A stretch of 40,012 nucleotides of DNA from a virus. The notes beneath the pieces were generated by a model. That model ran no database searches, was not told the DNA's origin, and was given only the letters and a program-made list of their open reading frames with translations. This document shows positions 1 to 8,835 of this stretch, in pieces. How positions within the stretch are numbered: the first letter of the stretch is position 1; each line of letters begins with the position of its first letter. The translations under genes were made by a program, and so were the position numbers. The stretch lies in IMG/VR virus record IMGVR_UViG_3300045391_003027. One strand, written 5' to 3'.

Positions 1-63
1 CGGACTCATGCAGCCCCCAAAGGCAGAAGAGGCCGCACCACTCCTTTTCCTTGTCGGTGTCGG
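1..63. repeat. Terminal 63-nt direct repeat, copy 1 (identical to 39950-40012); circular-closure overlap
   Basis: nt 1-63 (cggactcatgcagccccc...cttgtcggtgtcgg) match the last 63 nt of the window letter for letter. Joining the copies restores one uninterrupted minus-strand ORF. Confidence 0.95.
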
Positions 64-199
64 CGAAGTGCCCATTGGGACCGAATGCGCTCCGGTGGTA
101 CTCCATGATGCGCAGGTGCCCGGGCGAGCCGATCTCCTGCTGGACGATGCGGCAGAAGGTGTCGCGCGTTGGCGGCGGCGGGCGGTTCAGGTCGAACAT
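1..199 (-). CDS. Endolysin, N-terminal part (CHAP/NlpC-P60-like peptidoglycan hydrolase); the gene wraps through the window junction
   Basis: ATG at 199-197. The frame runs off the left edge, so it is absent from the ORF track. My translation: MFDLNRPPPPTRDTFCRIVQQEIGSPGHLRIMEYHRSAFGPNGHFADTDKEKEWCGLFCLWGLHES. Codon phase is continuous with 39618-40012 through the 63-nt repeat. The WCGxFCxW motif looks like a catalytic-Cys motif. Confidence 0.6.
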   Translation of the reverse strand, partial: MFDLNRPPPPTRDTFCRIVQQEIGSPGHLRIMEYHRSAFGPNGHFADTDKEKEWCGLFCLWGLHES

Positions 200-218
200 A
201 TGTTAGCCTGCGCAAGGC

Positions 219-431
219 ATGCGGAAGTCAAAGCGACTGCAGGACGCCTTGAGAGCGCATACCTTTGCCCCGGTAAAGGTTTTCGCAATTGGCACCGACG
301 CCAAGGGTGAACCCGTCGCCATCCCAATGCGGGCAAATTGCGACGGTGGGCTCGTGAGCGAGCCACTCGACAAAGAAGCCAGCATCGTCGGTTTGCTCGC
401 CGATGGGCGCTTCGTCAATCTTCCTGGCTGA
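219..431 (+). CDS. Hypothetical 70-aa protein, opposite in orientation to the surrounding late operon
   Basis: It shares third-codon positions with the antisense ORF 203-586. My hand counts give GC1 about 66% and GC2 about 46% for the plus frame, and the reverse for the minus frame. The plus product is balanced (MRKSKRLQDALRAHTFAPVKVFAIGTDAKGEPV...), whereas the minus product is Ser/Pro/Arg-rich. GC3 is lower than in neighbouring genes. Confidence 0.45.
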   Translation: MRKSKRLQDALRAHTFAPVKVFAIGTDAKGEPVAIPMRANCDGGLVSEPLDKEASIVGLLADGRFVNLPG

Positions 432-438
432 GAGCGCA

Positions 439-621
439 TTACGGTCGTCCCTCGCACCACGCGCGCTGCTCGGCGGTCAGCTCGACCCGCTTCGCCACCG
501 CAGCAGCGCACGATAGGCGGCCCACGTCGACGCCCGTACGGATCGTCTGGGCTTCGCGCTCCGGGCCCGTCGCTGCGCAACTCCAAGAAGCCAGCAGCAG
601 AGTAACCAGCGCATGTTTCAT
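439..621 (-). CDS. Small secreted or lipoprotein-like protein (60 aa, 3 Cys)
   Basis: Internal ATG at 621-619 is preceded by aaggaa. Product: MKHALVTLLLASWSCAATGPEREAQ... It has a hydrophobic signal-like N-terminus with a Cys at position 15, but the lipobox is not canonical. GC3 is high. The gene lies directly downstream of the last fibre gene. Confidence 0.5.
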   Translation of the reverse strand: MKHALVTLLLASWSCAATGPEREAQTIRTGVDVGRLSCAAAVAKRVELTAEQRAWCEGRP

Positions 622-631
622 GGGGTTCCTT

Positions 632-2083
632 TCACGCGAACAGGGTGCGGGCCTGACCAGCCGGCACCTTGCCTTGGGTTGGCGGCGCGACGGGGAGCGC
701 GGCCTCAAAGAGCATGTTGCCGGCTGCGGCCGCATCGAACTCGACCAGCCAGGTCGCGAGCGCCTGGTCGGCAATGGTCACATCTGCTGATGTGCTGGCG
801 ATGCCGTTTGAGGCGTCGTTCCACGTCGTGTTTTGCGTGACGGCGACGCGGCCGCCCTGAGGCGTGCCGCCCGTGCTCTGCGCCCCCTGGTAGTACTGCC
901 AATACACCGTCGCAAGCTGCGCATCCGCCTCGCCGCCCAGCAGTAGGTTCAGAAGCGATGCCATTTTGGCGGTAGAGAAGCCGCTGCCCGAGTCTGCGAG
1001 CGTAACAGCGCCAGCCAAGACGCTGAGAGCCGCGCCGCCGTTGACGACGTTTTGCGGTGAGGCAAGGGTGCAGCGCCCGATTTCGTCGGTGCCCGCCAAG
1101 TCCTCATAGAGGCGAATTTCATCGACCACGCCCCAGTCGCCGCCCGACGCACCGGGGAAATTGAACGGGTTCGCGTTGACCTTTGTCCGGGTCGTGGTGT
1201 GCGTCCAATTCGTGGTGTTGTTGGTCAAGCTAGCTGGCGCATAGCCGTTGCCAGTGACCCTCACCCCGGCCACGTAGGCGTGCGCGTAGATCGTCGCGGC
1301 CGGCGTATAGGTGACCTTGTTGAGTTGGTGGTTGAGGAGTTGATTTTTCTTGGCGGTTGCGATGGTGCCCATAGGAGTCCCCGCGATGATCATGGCGGCG
1401 AGCGCCTGACCGTTTTGGATGTAGCCGGCCGTCGTCAGGTGAAGCCCACCGGGCTCCCAGTCGTAGCCGTCGCGATCGAGGAAATGCGAAGCGCTGCCGG
1501 CGGCCTGTAGCTGCAGCGAGTTGACCAAGGTGGAGTAGAGCCCCGGTGTGCCGTTGTTCAGCGTCGAGTGGGTCTTGTTGATCCAGATCTTGGAGAACGT
1601 GATTCCGAGGCTCGACGCCAGGCCGGCGTGCGACTGCGCGAAGTTGGAAGCCCAGAGCGATGGGATGCCGCTTGTGGGGTAGCGCGCGTCCTCCTCGCCT
1701 TGGTCCGCGATGTGATGGTGAATGAACGTGTCGCCCGGGTATTTGGCCTGAATCAGCGTCCAGGCACGCTGCATCTCCGCAATGCCGGCCGCGTAGTACG
1801 TGCCGCCCGGGATCCAGTCGTTGGCGTAGGTCGACCCCTTGCAGACGTTGACAATGATCGTCTTGTAGCCAGCGGCGTTGAGCGCTTTGCCCAGCTCGAA
1901 ATCCTTGCCGTGTGTGTCGTCGAGCGCATGCAAAACTTGGGTGAGTGCAGGCGTCGTGCTGGGCAGCAGGACGTCGTAGTAGTCGACCGCGGCAAGCGTT
2001 TGCGAGCCGGACCCACCAGGGTTGGTCCCGTAATTGTTGCTCTGACCTGGGAAGCCGGCCCAGAGAACATGACGGACGGTCAT
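632..2083 (-). CDS. Tail fibre or receptor-modifying protein with an N-terminal SASA-type (DUF303) carbohydrate O-acetylesterase domain
   Basis: 483 aa. FPGQSNNYG matches the GQSN(M)xG catalytic-Ser motif and IADQGEEDA matches the QGE-D motif of the sialate-O-acetylesterase family. The C-terminal half carries two fibre-like modules. The start overlaps the upstream stop as ATGA. Confidence 0.6.
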   Translation of the reverse strand: MTVRHVLWAGFPGQSNNYGTNPGGSGSQTLAAVDYYDVLLPSTTPALTQVLHALDDTHGKDFELGKALNAAGYKTIIVNVCKGSTYANDWIPGGTYYAAGIAEMQRAWTLIQAKYPGDTFIHHHIADQGEEDARYPTSGIPSLWASNFAQSHAGLASSLGITFSKIWINKTHSTLNNGTPGLYSTLVNSLQLQAAGSASHFLDRDGYDWEPGGLHLTTAGYIQNGQALAAMIIAGTPMGTIATAKKNQLLNHQLNKVTYTPAATIYAHAYVAGVRVTGNGYAPASLTNNTTNWTHTTTRTKVNANPFNFPGASGGDWGVVDEIRLYEDLAGTDEIGRCTLASPQNVVNGGAALSVLAGAVTLADSGSGFSTAKMASLLNLLLGGEADAQLATVYWQYYQGAQSTGGTPQGGRVAVTQNTTWNDASNGIASTSADVTIADQALATWLVEFDAAAAGNMLFEAALPVAPPTQGKVPAGQARTLFA

Positions 2084-3324
2084 GACGTTCCATTCGCCAG
2101 CGCGGTGTTGATGTTGCCCAGATCGGAGGAGCCTTTTTGGCTGCTGTACAGAATCAGGTCGTAGACCAGTCCGCTTAGGAAGACGCCCGCCGCGTTGTCG
2201 TCCTCGGCGCCGATGCTGAAACGATTCGTGGTCAGCGTACCGATATTCTGTGTGCCTGCGGGCCCCTGATTGCTGCCGTTGTTGACGCGGACTTGAATCG
2301 TAGAGTTGGAGCCCGCGCTATCCCACTCTACGTTGACCGCTGACGTGCTGGTGTTGTCCGCTGTGCTGTCATTGGTCGCGTTGGTGCCGGCGTCGTTGAA
2401 CCAGCTATGGCTCTGTCGCCCGTTGCCCAAAACAGATTGGCCGAAGCGGCGCTTTTTGTTGCTACTGCCGCTGTTCGCAGGACCACATACGGTCCCCAAA
2501 GCGTCCGCGGCCGTGTAGGCCACGCGATACGCCAGGGTGAATGCGGGGTCATTGGCGAAAATGTTGTAGACAGCCGCGTCGGTCGAGCGCAGGTACTGGG
2601 CGCCCGCGAAGAAGAGCGCAGCTTTCCCATCCGGAGTGCTCGCGGAATGCCTGAATACCGGCTGGATAGAGGCCGTCGCCTGGGTGAAGGTGTAGGAGTG
2701 CCCTTCGGTGCTCAAGACCGTGGCTGTGGTGCCTTCCCAGGTCTGGTCCGTATTGTAGGTTCCCGCTGGGAAGCCGACGACGTTTCCGGCGGCAACACCG
2801 TCGGGGATGCTGTAGCTGGCCGTCGTCGTGACGCCGGTGTGTGCCCAGCTGTTTCCGCTGTCATAACTGATGTCGAACTTTGCTTGACCCTGGCCCGTCC
2901 CGCCGGACGTATCCGAGATCCTGACCTTGATGCCCGGGCAGTTAGAACCGTACGTAAGCGAACCGGTGCCAGCGGCCAGCGTCACGACCGGCGGAGCCGT
3001 TCCGGCCGCGCGCATCGTTCCGCCAAGGGTCTTTGAAGCCTGCGACACCTGCACCCGCAGATCCGGAGTCGGAATGCCGACGCTCGCGACGATGTCCAGG
3101 GTCAAGCTGGCCTGGAAGCTGACCGGCGTCGCGAGCGATGCGACAGTTTGCAGGCCGAGATTTGCAGAGAAGTCGATGGTTGGGGCGCCCGCGCCGCCTC
3201 CTGGTACACCGCTGCCAACGCGGCCGCGGTTGTTGCGGTCGCCTGGGCGCCGGTTGAACGCGTACGCCCGCCGCAGATCAACGCATCGGGGTAGCTCCAG
3301 GCACTTGCGGCGCGCGAATCGCAT
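2080..3324 (-). CDS. Tail fibre or receptor-binding protein with a C-terminal LamG/concanavalin-like lectin-type domain (tentative)
   Basis: 414 aa. It is rich in Thr/Ser/Gly/Asn beta-strand sequence. The C-terminal pattern ...FTLAYRVAY...SHSWFND...TIQVRVNNGS...FSIGAEDDNAAGVFLSGLVYDLILYS resembles Laminin_G_3 domains. Confidence 0.45.
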   Translation of the reverse strand: MRFARRKCLELPRCVDLRRAYAFNRRPGDRNNRGRVGSGVPGGGAGAPTIDFSANLGLQTVASLATPVSFQASLTLDIVASVGIPTPDLRVQVSQASKTLGGTMRAAGTAPPVVTLAAGTGSLTYGSNCPGIKVRISDTSGGTGQGQAKFDISYDSGNSWAHTGVTTTASYSIPDGVAAGNVVGFPAGTYNTDQTWEGTTATVLSTEGHSYTFTQATASIQPVFRHSASTPDGKAALFFAGAQYLRSTDAAVYNIFANDPAFTLAYRVAYTAADALGTVCGPANSGSSNKKRRFGQSVLGNGRQSHSWFNDAGTNATNDSTADNTSTSAVNVEWDSAGSNSTIQVRVNNGSNQGPAGTQNIGTLTTNRFSIGAEDDNAAGVFLSGLVYDLILYSSQKGSSDLGNINTALANGTS

Positions 3325-3327
3325 GGG

Positions 3328-3786
3328 TCAGGCCTGCAGGTCGCGCACGTCGCCATTGGGTGGGAGGCTGCTCAACCAGAGCCGCAGCTTGGGCGTGCCG
3401 GTCTTGGCCTTGGTGAGCAGGTACTTGTAGGGCGTGCCGGCTGGCGCGTCGATGCCCGGCAGGCGCCCGGAGATTCGCTCGCCAGCCTTGATGCAGTGAC
3501 AGACGGTTGCTCCGTAGCCGGTGGCCGTCTCGTCAATGGCGCCGCCGTTGGCGTTGTGCAGCGCCACGTACACATCCTCGCCGGATGCACCGTCGTTCAT
3601 GATGGTAAGAAAGCGGCCCTTGAGCAGCGCTGTCAGGGAGGAAATGTCGTTCACGGCGCTGCTGGTACTCGTTGCGATGACGCCTTGAACGATCTGGGCC
3701 GGGATAGCGGGAGGCCCCGCGGCGGTGGCGATGTTCAGTAGCGGCAAGATGATATTTGCCGCTTCTTGTTCGGCTTGCGTGGTCAT
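3328..3786 (-). CDS. Hypothetical virion-module protein (152 aa)
   Basis: Its ATG overlaps the stop of the 1033-aa gene as ATGA. GC3 is high. I recognise no motif. Confidence 0.5.
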   Translation of the reverse strand: MTTQAEQEAANIILPLLNIATAAGPPAIPAQIVQGVIATSTSSAVNDISSLTALLKGRFLTIMNDGASGEDVYVALHNANGGAIDETATGYGATVCHCIKAGERISGRLPGIDAPAGTPYKYLLTKAKTGTPKLRLWLSSLPPNGDVRDLQA

Positions 3787-6700
3787 GCTGGTGCTCCCCG
3801 GAGCGTGGCTCCGATAGATTGTGATTCGCTCGCCATTGACTTGGCGACATTCGCCGGGCGTTTGCTTGGATGCGGCTGCGCGACCTTGTGCGCGGAGGCC
3901 TGCATCATCCCGGATACCTTGAGCGCGAAACCCGCGTCGAGCGTCGGATCGCCAGCGCCGTTTAGATCGAACATCAAGTCGGCCTGCAGACGTTCCTGGT
4001 ATGGGACAGGAATGCCGGCGGCGTCGAGCTTGGCGAAGCGCTGCAGCGCTTCGACCCGGATGCTCTGGTAGAGCGTGGGGTAGACGTTTTTGAGCGCATC
4101 GACCTGCTCGTACGTCACCATGCCTTTTTGGAAGTCGTCGAGCACCGTGAGCGGGTCGGCGACAGCAGCCCAGCGTTTTGCGAACTGCGCGATCTCGAGG
4201 TCGCTTGGCACAGGGCGATAGCCCGGCTGCATCACGGTCGGCTGCCGCAGCGGGACCGGCGTGTGCGAAAGCAGGTAGTTGACCCCCCGTGAGGCGGCTA
4301 CGGCCACGTGCTGAGTCAGGCGCGGCGCCGTCTCGGAGATGCCGCCCATCGCCGTGGTGGTGCGGTCGCGCACGCCCTGGCCAAGGTTCTGATTCATCAC
4401 CAGCAGCTGCTCGGTCCGCTTGCGGTAGGCGTCCTGGGGGTTCGGGTTGTCTCCCTGGAACAACTTAAGTGCCGATGGCGCGGCCGCGAAGCGCCCGAGC
4501 GCGATGGGCTTTCGCGCCGCCTCGCCCACGCGTTGCGCACGAGCCGTGAGGCGATCGAAGAAGCCGTCGAGAGAGTCGGCAACCTTGGCGTCGATATTCG
4601 CGGCTGTCCGGTTTACGACAGCCGCGCCCTTGCCGGCAGTGCCGCTGACCTTCGCGATCTTGCCCTCGAGCCATGCCGCCAGCTTCGATTCGGCTGACAT
4701 CGAGGCGAGGCGCTGCTGCAGCTCGAGCGTGGGAGCGGCGCCGCCGAGGAGCCCGCGCGCGAAGCCCTTGGCGGCACCCGAGACGCCTTCGGTCGACGCA
4801 CCGACCGCCGTCGACGCCGCGAGCTTGGCCAGAAACCCGCCGCCGATCTGGTCCGCCTCGATGCGCGCCTTGGCGCGATTGACGGCGTTGGCCGCGTCTG
4901 TAGCGGAGCTGACCGATTCGCGCATTTTCTGCAGCGACGCCAGGGCCTCGTCGAGCTTCTGCGCTCCGCCCGCCGACAGCGCATAGTTTTCCTTGATGGC
5001 GCGCAGCGTTGCCTCTTGGCTGTCGACAAATCGCGAGAATTGCCCCGCTCGCGTCCCGCCGCCGCCATCCCCGAGCCCGGAGAGCATGGCGCGGATACTG
5101 TCCTGGTTGCCCATGAACACCCGGCCACCAAAGTCGGCACCTTCATCACTGCCGACCTGCGTCACGAAAGGACGGAGGTCAAAACGCTCGCCGTTGATAC
5201 TGCCGACGCGGGCGTTGTTGACAGCCTTTTGGGCGGCAGCTTGCTTGGCGCCAACGAAGCCTTCGTCCATCAGGGCGCTGGCTGCGCGCTGGTATTCGGC
5301 CTGCGCAAAGTCACGCACCGGCTCGAGCAGCGCGCGCCCCTCGTAGCTGCTCGTGCTGCCGGCAGACGCGCGCGCCGTGCGCCACTTCTTCGCCAGCTCG
5401 CGACGCATCGAGTCATACTCCGCGATGGCATCGGCGCCGTTTTCGGCAGCTAGGATGCGCCCCTCGTGATCGCGCACCATGGCGTCGATGTCCCGCAGCG
5501 CCTTTTCCGCGCTCGAGACCTTGGGCTTGCCCTTGGCCTGCACCGGTCCGGCCTCGCCTGCCGTCGCCAACTCGGATTGTCGCGCCTGCACCGCCGCGCG
5601 CATTTCGTCGAGGCGCTGACGAAGCGCCGCAGTCTCCTCCTGCGCGCGACCGATGACGGCAGTTTCATCGACACCATCGGCCGCCAGGTGCTCGGCAATC
5701 TTGCCGCGCTTGACCTGCAGATTGTCGATCTCATCGTAAATGGGCCGCTGGCGATCGAGCACGCCCGTCAGGTCTTTTGCCGTCTCTTCACTAGCGGCGT
5801 TCAGCACCGTATCGCGGTGGATGTACTGGGCCTCGGGCGTCGCCTCTTTCGTGAATGCGCGCCAATCGGTAGGAGCCGCCGCCTTGGCCTCCTGCACCAC
5901 CTTGGCAGCCTCCTCCTGGGCAGCAGCGCGCCGAGCCGCCGGGTTCAGGCCAGCGCTATCGGCCGCCTCCGCAACGCGTGCCTCGGTGGCGTCCGTGACG
6001 GCAGCGGTCGGAGCTTCGCGCTTCGCTGCTGCGCTGAATGCTGCCGCGGCTTCGTCGGACACGGCTTCGCGTCCTAGAGCCCGAGATGCGGCACCCTTGG
6101 CGCCCACCAGCCCGGCCCCGGCAGCCCCGAGCCCGAGCGAGGCGCCCCCGCCGATGAGCGCCCCCCAGCCCATGCTCGCCATGAGCTTCTCGGCCGTGAG
6201 CGGCTTGTCCTCGATGTAGGCGTCGTCCGTCGCCTGGCTTTCGCCGAACGCCGCGCCCTCGACGGCGCCAGCCGCGGTCTGAGCAGCAAGGCGGGCCCCG
6301 AGCCCCATGCCGGCGGTAGCCTCCCCTACGGCTGCTCCAGGGCCAACCATGGCCCACGGCAGTTGCCCCGCGATAGTGCCCGCACCCGCGGTCAGGGGGT
6401 TCGCCTCGCGGCGCCCGGCGGCGGCTTGGCGGTATTGCTCGTCGAGCTCGGCTGCCTTGGCCTCGTCGCGCTCGCCCATAGCGCCGCTGACCAGGCCCTC
6501 GACGGCTGCGCGACCCGTGAGCGTGTCGGGGTTCACGACGCTTCCGGCGGGCACGTCGCCTACCGCCCTGCGCGCGATGGCTTGCCCCGTGCGCAAGCCC
6601 GCGCGAACCGGGATCAGCGGCACGTCGATGGCGCCAGCCGCGGCACTCTCGGCGAACGCCTTGGCCTTTTCCGGGAGCGTCGAGCGGGCGATTTCGACGT

Positions 6701-6884
6701 CACGGTGAGCGACGTCTTCCGCGGAGACGGGCAGATAGTTGGGATCTTCGTCGAGCAGCCGCGCGGCGTCGCTTGCGGCAACGGTGACGATATTGCCTCG
6801 CCGATCGCGCAGGAACGCCTGGTCTCCTCGGGTATAAACCGGGCCGACCGTGGTCTGCTCGTAGCGTGGAGTCTCACCCGCCAT
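3783..6884 (-). CDS. Large internal-virion or DNA-ejection-like protein (1033 aa)
   Basis: It is Ala/Glu/Arg-rich with long predicted helices. A Gly/Ala-rich hydrophobic stretch (...MGWGALIGGGASLGLGAAGAGLVGA...) is present. Its position, third of three large proteins between the nozzle-like gene and the fibres, matches podovirus core proteins. Confidence 0.45.
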   Translation of the reverse strand: MAGETPRYEQTTVGPVYTRGDQAFLRDRRGNIVTVAASDAARLLDEDPNYLPVSAEDVAHRDVEIARSTLPEKAKAFAESAAAGAIDVPLIPVRAGLRTGQAIARRAVGDVPAGSVVNPDTLTGRAAVEGLVSGAMGERDEAKAAELDEQYRQAAAGRREANPLTAGAGTIAGQLPWAMVGPGAAVGEATAGMGLGARLAAQTAAGAVEGAAFGESQATDDAYIEDKPLTAEKLMASMGWGALIGGGASLGLGAAGAGLVGAKGAASRALGREAVSDEAAAAFSAAAKREAPTAAVTDATEARVAEAADSAGLNPAARRAAAQEEAAKVVQEAKAAAPTDWRAFTKEATPEAQYIHRDTVLNAASEETAKDLTGVLDRQRPIYDEIDNLQVKRGKIAEHLAADGVDETAVIGRAQEETAALRQRLDEMRAAVQARQSELATAGEAGPVQAKGKPKVSSAEKALRDIDAMVRDHEGRILAAENGADAIAEYDSMRRELAKKWRTARASAGSTSSYEGRALLEPVRDFAQAEYQRAASALMDEGFVGAKQAAAQKAVNNARVGSINGERFDLRPFVTQVGSDEGADFGGRVFMGNQDSIRAMLSGLGDGGGGTRAGQFSRFVDSQEATLRAIKENYALSAGGAQKLDEALASLQKMRESVSSATDAANAVNRAKARIEADQIGGGFLAKLAASTAVGASTEGVSGAAKGFARGLLGGAAPTLELQQRLASMSAESKLAAWLEGKIAKVSGTAGKGAAVVNRTAANIDAKVADSLDGFFDRLTARAQRVGEAARKPIALGRFAAAPSALKLFQGDNPNPQDAYRKRTEQLLVMNQNLGQGVRDRTTTAMGGISETAPRLTQHVAVAASRGVNYLLSHTPVPLRQPTVMQPGYRPVPSDLEIAQFAKRWAAVADPLTVLDDFQKGMVTYEQVDALKNVYPTLYQSIRVEALQRFAKLDAAGIPVPYQERLQADLMFDLNGAGDPTLDAGFALKVSGMMQASAHKVAQPHPSKRPANVAKSMASESQSIGATLRGAPA

Positions 6885-8835
6885 AGGGGGTCACCTTCAC
6901 GGGCGCGGCGGCGCCCTTGCGCTCACGGTTGACGCCGCGGCTGCGGCGCTCGTATTCGCCACGCGCCTCATCCGGATACGTTGCGTCGGTGTCGCGCTCG
7001 ACGTCGTTCAGAGAGCCAACTGCGCGCTGCAAACCACGCACGGCCGCGGCGTCGTCCTCGCCCAGCAAGTAGGAATTGATGTATTCCGCCTGCTGCGGCG
7101 AAACGCTTGCGCCCGAGAGTGCCTTGCCCGTCTGTGCGGCGGCTTTCGCTCGCGCCTCTTGCACACGGTGCGCGCCTTGGCGATCGAGACTCGGTCGACC
7201 CACACCGGGGATGTCCTCGCCGCTACCGGTGAAAGTGAAGTCGTCAGCGTTGACGGGTTTGCCGGTGCGCTTGTCGACCAACACGCCCTTGGCCCAGTCC
7301 GCCCGGAGCCCGTAGGCGTCGGCCAGGTCGGAGAGCGACGAGCGGGAATCCGCAAACGCCTGCTTCTGCTTGCCGTACTCCTCTACGAATTTGAGCCGGT
7401 CTTTGGGCTCCATTTCGCCAAAGTCCTGCGCCTGGTCTTTCGGCAGCAGCTTGGCGCGCGCCGCGTACTCCTCAGGCGACAATGGCCGCTCGACGTATCC
7501 GGCGCCGGTGGCGGCCTTGGGCTGCACAAAAGCCTGCTGCTGCGACCGCGTTTGCTTGCCGATGCTGGCGTTGTAGAGCGCCTGCTCGTTCTGGATGACC
7601 TGCTGCTGGGTGAGGGCGTTGAATTTTCGCGCCTCGACCTGGTACTGCGGCAGCTTCGACTCGTTTGCGAACATCTGCGCCTGCAGGTCGGCGCTCTTGT
7701 TCATGGCGATGCGCAGCGCCGCCTCCGACTGCTGCAGGTCATAGCCATAGTTGTCCATCATCTGCGCCAGCTTGTTGCGGCGCGATACTCGCCCAGCCTC
7801 GATTTCGTCGCGCTGAGCGGCGATGTCTCGATCAATGGCCTTTTGCGTGATCTCGAACGCGAAGTTTGGGGCGCCGGTTTTGGTCGATGCGTATGCACCG
7901 AGCCCCTGCGCGATGGCTAGGCCAATCGTCGCGAATAGACCACGGTCGTGGAAGTAGCGGTCGGGGTCCACATGCGCCGTCTTCTCATAGTGGTCGAGGT
8001 CATCCTGCAACCGCGCACGGTCGACGTGATAGCTCGACACCATGCGGTTGTGGTTGTCCTGCGCCGTCGCTGCGGCTTGCTCGAGCTTGGGCGCCAGCGC
8101 GCGCTGTGAAGCCAGCTGATTGCGCGTCTGCTGCTCCTCGAGCGCCATCCCCTCGAGCTGCGCGTCCCTCACTTCCTTGGCGGCGCCGATGCGCTCGCGG
8201 GCTTGCGCAGGGTCGTAGGGCGCGCCGCTCTCCGTCACTGTGTTGGCGCCGGTTGGCACCATAACGCCTTGCGCGATCATCTTGTGCGGATCGACGCCGG
8301 GGGAACCCGGCGAATAGACACGCTTCGTGCCACGCAAAATGTCCTCAGCGGCGCGCTGCCCCATCGCGCTCCGCGCTGCCGTGGCCGTGTCGCCAGGCCC
8401 CTGCGGCGGCACCGCCGGACCCTGCGGATCGCGCGCGATCGAGGCGGGCACACCCGCTGGAATGGTGCCGGTGGCGTTGGCGACCGCATCGTTGGCGCGC
8501 GCCACGATTTCGGAATCGCGGGCATCCGCGCGCGCGCCGGGCGTGTCTGCCCAGAAAGCCGCGTTCTGATCGGCAAGGCGTTGCCCCGCGTGATAGATGT
8601 CCGGCTTCTGGTAGACCGGTCCCGTGGGCACTTCTGGCGGTCGCGCTAGCATCGGCGGCGGCGAATTCATCGCGAGGCGCTGGTCGGGGGCGGCGTCGAT
8701 GGCGCCCTTGGTTTTGCTGATGCGCGCAGCCAGGTCCGGCTCGTAGGCGTACTGGCTCGCACCCGAGTCGAAGTGGAACACGCCCGCGCCATCGGGCGCG
8801 TCGGGGTCCTGCTCGAAACGAACCAGCTCGGCCAT
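6874..8835 (-). CDS. Internal-virion or ejection-like protein (653 aa) with one hydrophobic segment
   Basis: High-GC3 ORF with Gln/Ala-rich coiled-coil-like regions. It has a TM-like segment, LFATIGLAIAQGLGAYA. Its start is coupled by 1 nt to the upstream stop (TGATG). Confidence 0.45.
   Translation of the reverse strand: MAELVRFEQDPDAPDGAGVFHFDSGASQYAYEPDLAARISKTKGAIDAAPDQRLAMNSPPPMLARPPEVPTGPVYQKPDIYHAGQRLADQNAAFWADTPGARADARDSEIVARANDAVANATGTIPAGVPASIARDPQGPAVPPQGPGDTATAARSAMGQRAAEDILRGTKRVYSPGSPGVDPHKMIAQGVMVPTGANTVTESGAPYDPAQARERIGAAKEVRDAQLEGMALEEQQTRNQLASQRALAPKLEQAAATAQDNHNRMVSSYHVDRARLQDDLDHYEKTAHVDPDRYFHDRGLFATIGLAIAQGLGAYASTKTGAPNFAFEITQKAIDRDIAAQRDEIEAGRVSRRNKLAQMMDNYGYDLQQSEAALRIAMNKSADLQAQMFANESKLPQYQVEARKFNALTQQQVIQNEQALYNASIGKQTRSQQQAFVQPKAATGAGYVERPLSPEEYAARAKLLPKDQAQDFGEMEPKDRLKFVEEYGKQKQAFADSRSSLSDLADAYGLRADWAKGVLVDKRTGKPVNADDFTFTGSGEDIPGVGRPSLDRQGAHRVQEARAKAAAQTGKALSGASVSPQQAEYINSYLLGEDDAAAVRGLQRAVGSLNDVERDTDATYPDEARGEYERRSRGVNRERKGAAAPVKVTPYGG

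Noticed and set aside
1-63. True short direct terminal repeat of the virion DNA
   Set aside because: The repeat lies inside, and is in phase with, a single endolysin ORF. An assembly overlap of a circular or permuted genome is the simpler explanation. Deciding this needs read-terminus data.
203-437. Minus-strand 78-aa ORF tightly packed between the lipoprotein-like gene and the endolysin
   Set aside because: Its packing favours it, but the codon-position GC pattern (GC2 above GC1) and the Ser/Pro/Arg-rich product argue that it is the shadow of plus ORF 219-431. This is not fully excluded; see the corresponding finding.
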